Positions 63,121 through 64,000 of a stretch of 64,000 nucleotides of DNA are shown one piece after another. Position numbers and translations under genes: made by a program. Source of the DNA: Clostridia bacterium (lineage in GTDB: Bacteria > Bacillota > Clostridia > Christensenellales > CAG-138); contig QKAN01000066.1 of NCBI GenBank assembly GCA_003246365.1, positions 5,333 to 69,332 of the forward strand, read 5' to 3'. The notes below the pieces were generated by a model that saw nothing but the letters and a program-made list of their open reading frames with translations, ran no database searches and had not been told where the DNA came from. Each line of letters starts with the position of its first letter. Within the stretch, counting starts at the first letter, position 1.

Positions 63121-64000
63121 ATGTCCGCCACCCCCGCTGCTCTGATCGGCAAGCGCGAAAAACGCCTTGCGCTTCTCTCCCGGATTCTCCGCTGGGTCAC
63201 GCTCGGCAGTCTGCTCGCGTTTGTCATTTCGGCAACCGCGCTGCACACCCTTGGCTATGTTGGTCCGTCCATCCATGCGCTTTGCCCCTATGGCGGGCTG
63301 GAGTCCATGCTAACGCTGGTCACGGTCGGCACGTTTTTGAAGCGAATCGTCATCGGCACCTTTATTCTGTTTGGTTCCACCGTTCTGCTCGCAATCTTTA
63401 TGCGCCGCTCGTTCTGCGGCCAGATCTGCGCCTTTGGCGGGTTGCAGGAGTTCTTCGGTAAAATCGGGAACAGGCTCTTTAAAAAGCGTCCCGTCATGCC
63501 GCAAAAACTCGACCGCGTGCTGCGCTATCTTAAGTATGTCGTGCTCGCCGTCACTGCCGCTATGGCCTGGATCACCGGCGAACTCTGGATCACGCCGTAC
63601 GATCCTTTCAACGCGCTGGGACATCTTGCGGACTTTAACGAGCTGCTCACGTCCTACCTTGTCGGATTCATCGTGCTTGTCATCACGCTGCTTGGCAGCA
63701 TTGTTTACGACAGGTTCTTCTGCAAATATCTCTGTCCGGCAGGCGCACTCTACGGCCTGATCGGCAAAGCGAGCCCGTATGCCGTTCGCGTAGAAGAAGA
63801 CGCGTGCATCCACTGCGGAAAATGCAGCCGTGCCTGCCCGATGAACATAGACGTGATGAACGCGAAAAACGGAAAGGTCACGAGCGCGGAATGCATCAAC
63901 TGCAACGAATGCGTCAACGTTTGCCCCGTGCAGGGCGCAATTCACACCGGATATTCGAAGAAGTTCCGTATTCATCCGATCGTAGCGACCATACTCGCAC
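63121..64000 (+). CDS. polytopic 4Fe-4S ferredoxin-type membrane protein (NapH/MauN-like), 3' end outside the window
   Basis: Not in the ORF track because no stop lies within the window. I translated from ATG 63121 (GGAGG RBS) and the frame stays open to base 64000. It contains TM helices, two CxxC pairs (CGQIC, CKYLCP) and two ferredoxin motifs, CIHCGKCSRACP and CINCNECVNVCP. Confidence 0.75.
   Translation, partial: MSATPAALIGKREKRLALLSRILRWVTLGSLLAFVISATALHTLGYVGPSIHALCPYGGLESMLTLVTVGTFLKRIVIGTFILFGSTVLLAIFMRRSFCGQICAFGGLQEFFGKIGNRLFKKRPVMPQKLDRVLRYLKYVVLAVTAAMAWITGELWITPYDPFNALGHLADFNELLTSYLVGFIVLVITLLGSIVYDRFFCKYLCPAGALYGLIGKASPYAVRVEEDACIHCGKCSRACPMNIDVMNAKNGKVTSAECINCNECVNVCPVQGAIHTGYSKKFRIHPIVATILA

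Noticed and set aside
62203-63276. 357-aa ORF antisense to the DUF2202 lipoprotein gene and the start of the 4Fe-4S protein gene
   Set aside because: It crosses an intergenic hairpin and two well-supported plus-strand genes and has no RBS. It is a GC-rich shadow ORF. The same reasoning applies to 63310..63975(-), 58077..58829(-), 35594..36526(+), 1239..2405(+), 23182..24015(-) and 50233..51147(-).

Overview
GC-rich, densely coding chromosomal segment that looks Clostridia-like, judged from GGAGG-type RBSs, lipoprotein substrate-binding proteins (SBPs), tandem DegV genes and LplABC-type transporters. I call 59 CDS. I saw no rRNA, tRNA, CRISPR array, transposase, integrase or phage genes. Three blocks: (1) About 1-29 kb is a multi-operon carbohydrate-utilisation island. 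It has a sialic-acid-like signature: a NanA/DapA-like lyase, two cytoplasmic BNR/sialidase-fold proteins, a SASA-type esterase, YhcH, an LplABC-type ABC importer and a NahK-like kinase. It combines these with two different PLP aminotransferases, two Gfo/Idh/MocA oxidoreductases, an AraA-like isomerase, an FGGY kinase, a PfkB kinase and an HpcH aldolase, under one LacI and two AraC regulators. This is the best candidate here for an undescribed pathway. (2) About 29-45 kb holds a GGDEF cyclase, an orphan RACo-like corrinoid activator with DUF2284, an MFS transporter, a stand-alone condensation-domain protein, glycerate kinase, and an Opp-like ABC importer with oversized SBP and permease. (3) About 45-64 kb holds a PadR-HAAS module next to a TetR-terminated ABC-2 exporter operon with clear promoter and operator architecture, then small housekeeping or accessory genes: MBL hydrolase, GNAT, CCG Fe-S protein, DnaQ-like exonuclease, thiamine diphosphokinase, an OmpR/HK pair, two DegV, an HTH regulator with a phased-repeat operator, a DUF2202 lipoprotein and a 4Fe-4S membrane protein truncated by the window end. 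All family calls rest on motif and architecture recognition by eye. No database search was run. Gene starts were refined from the ORF track using RBS and overlap logic. Several very long antisense ORFs were rejected as GC-rich shadow ORFs.
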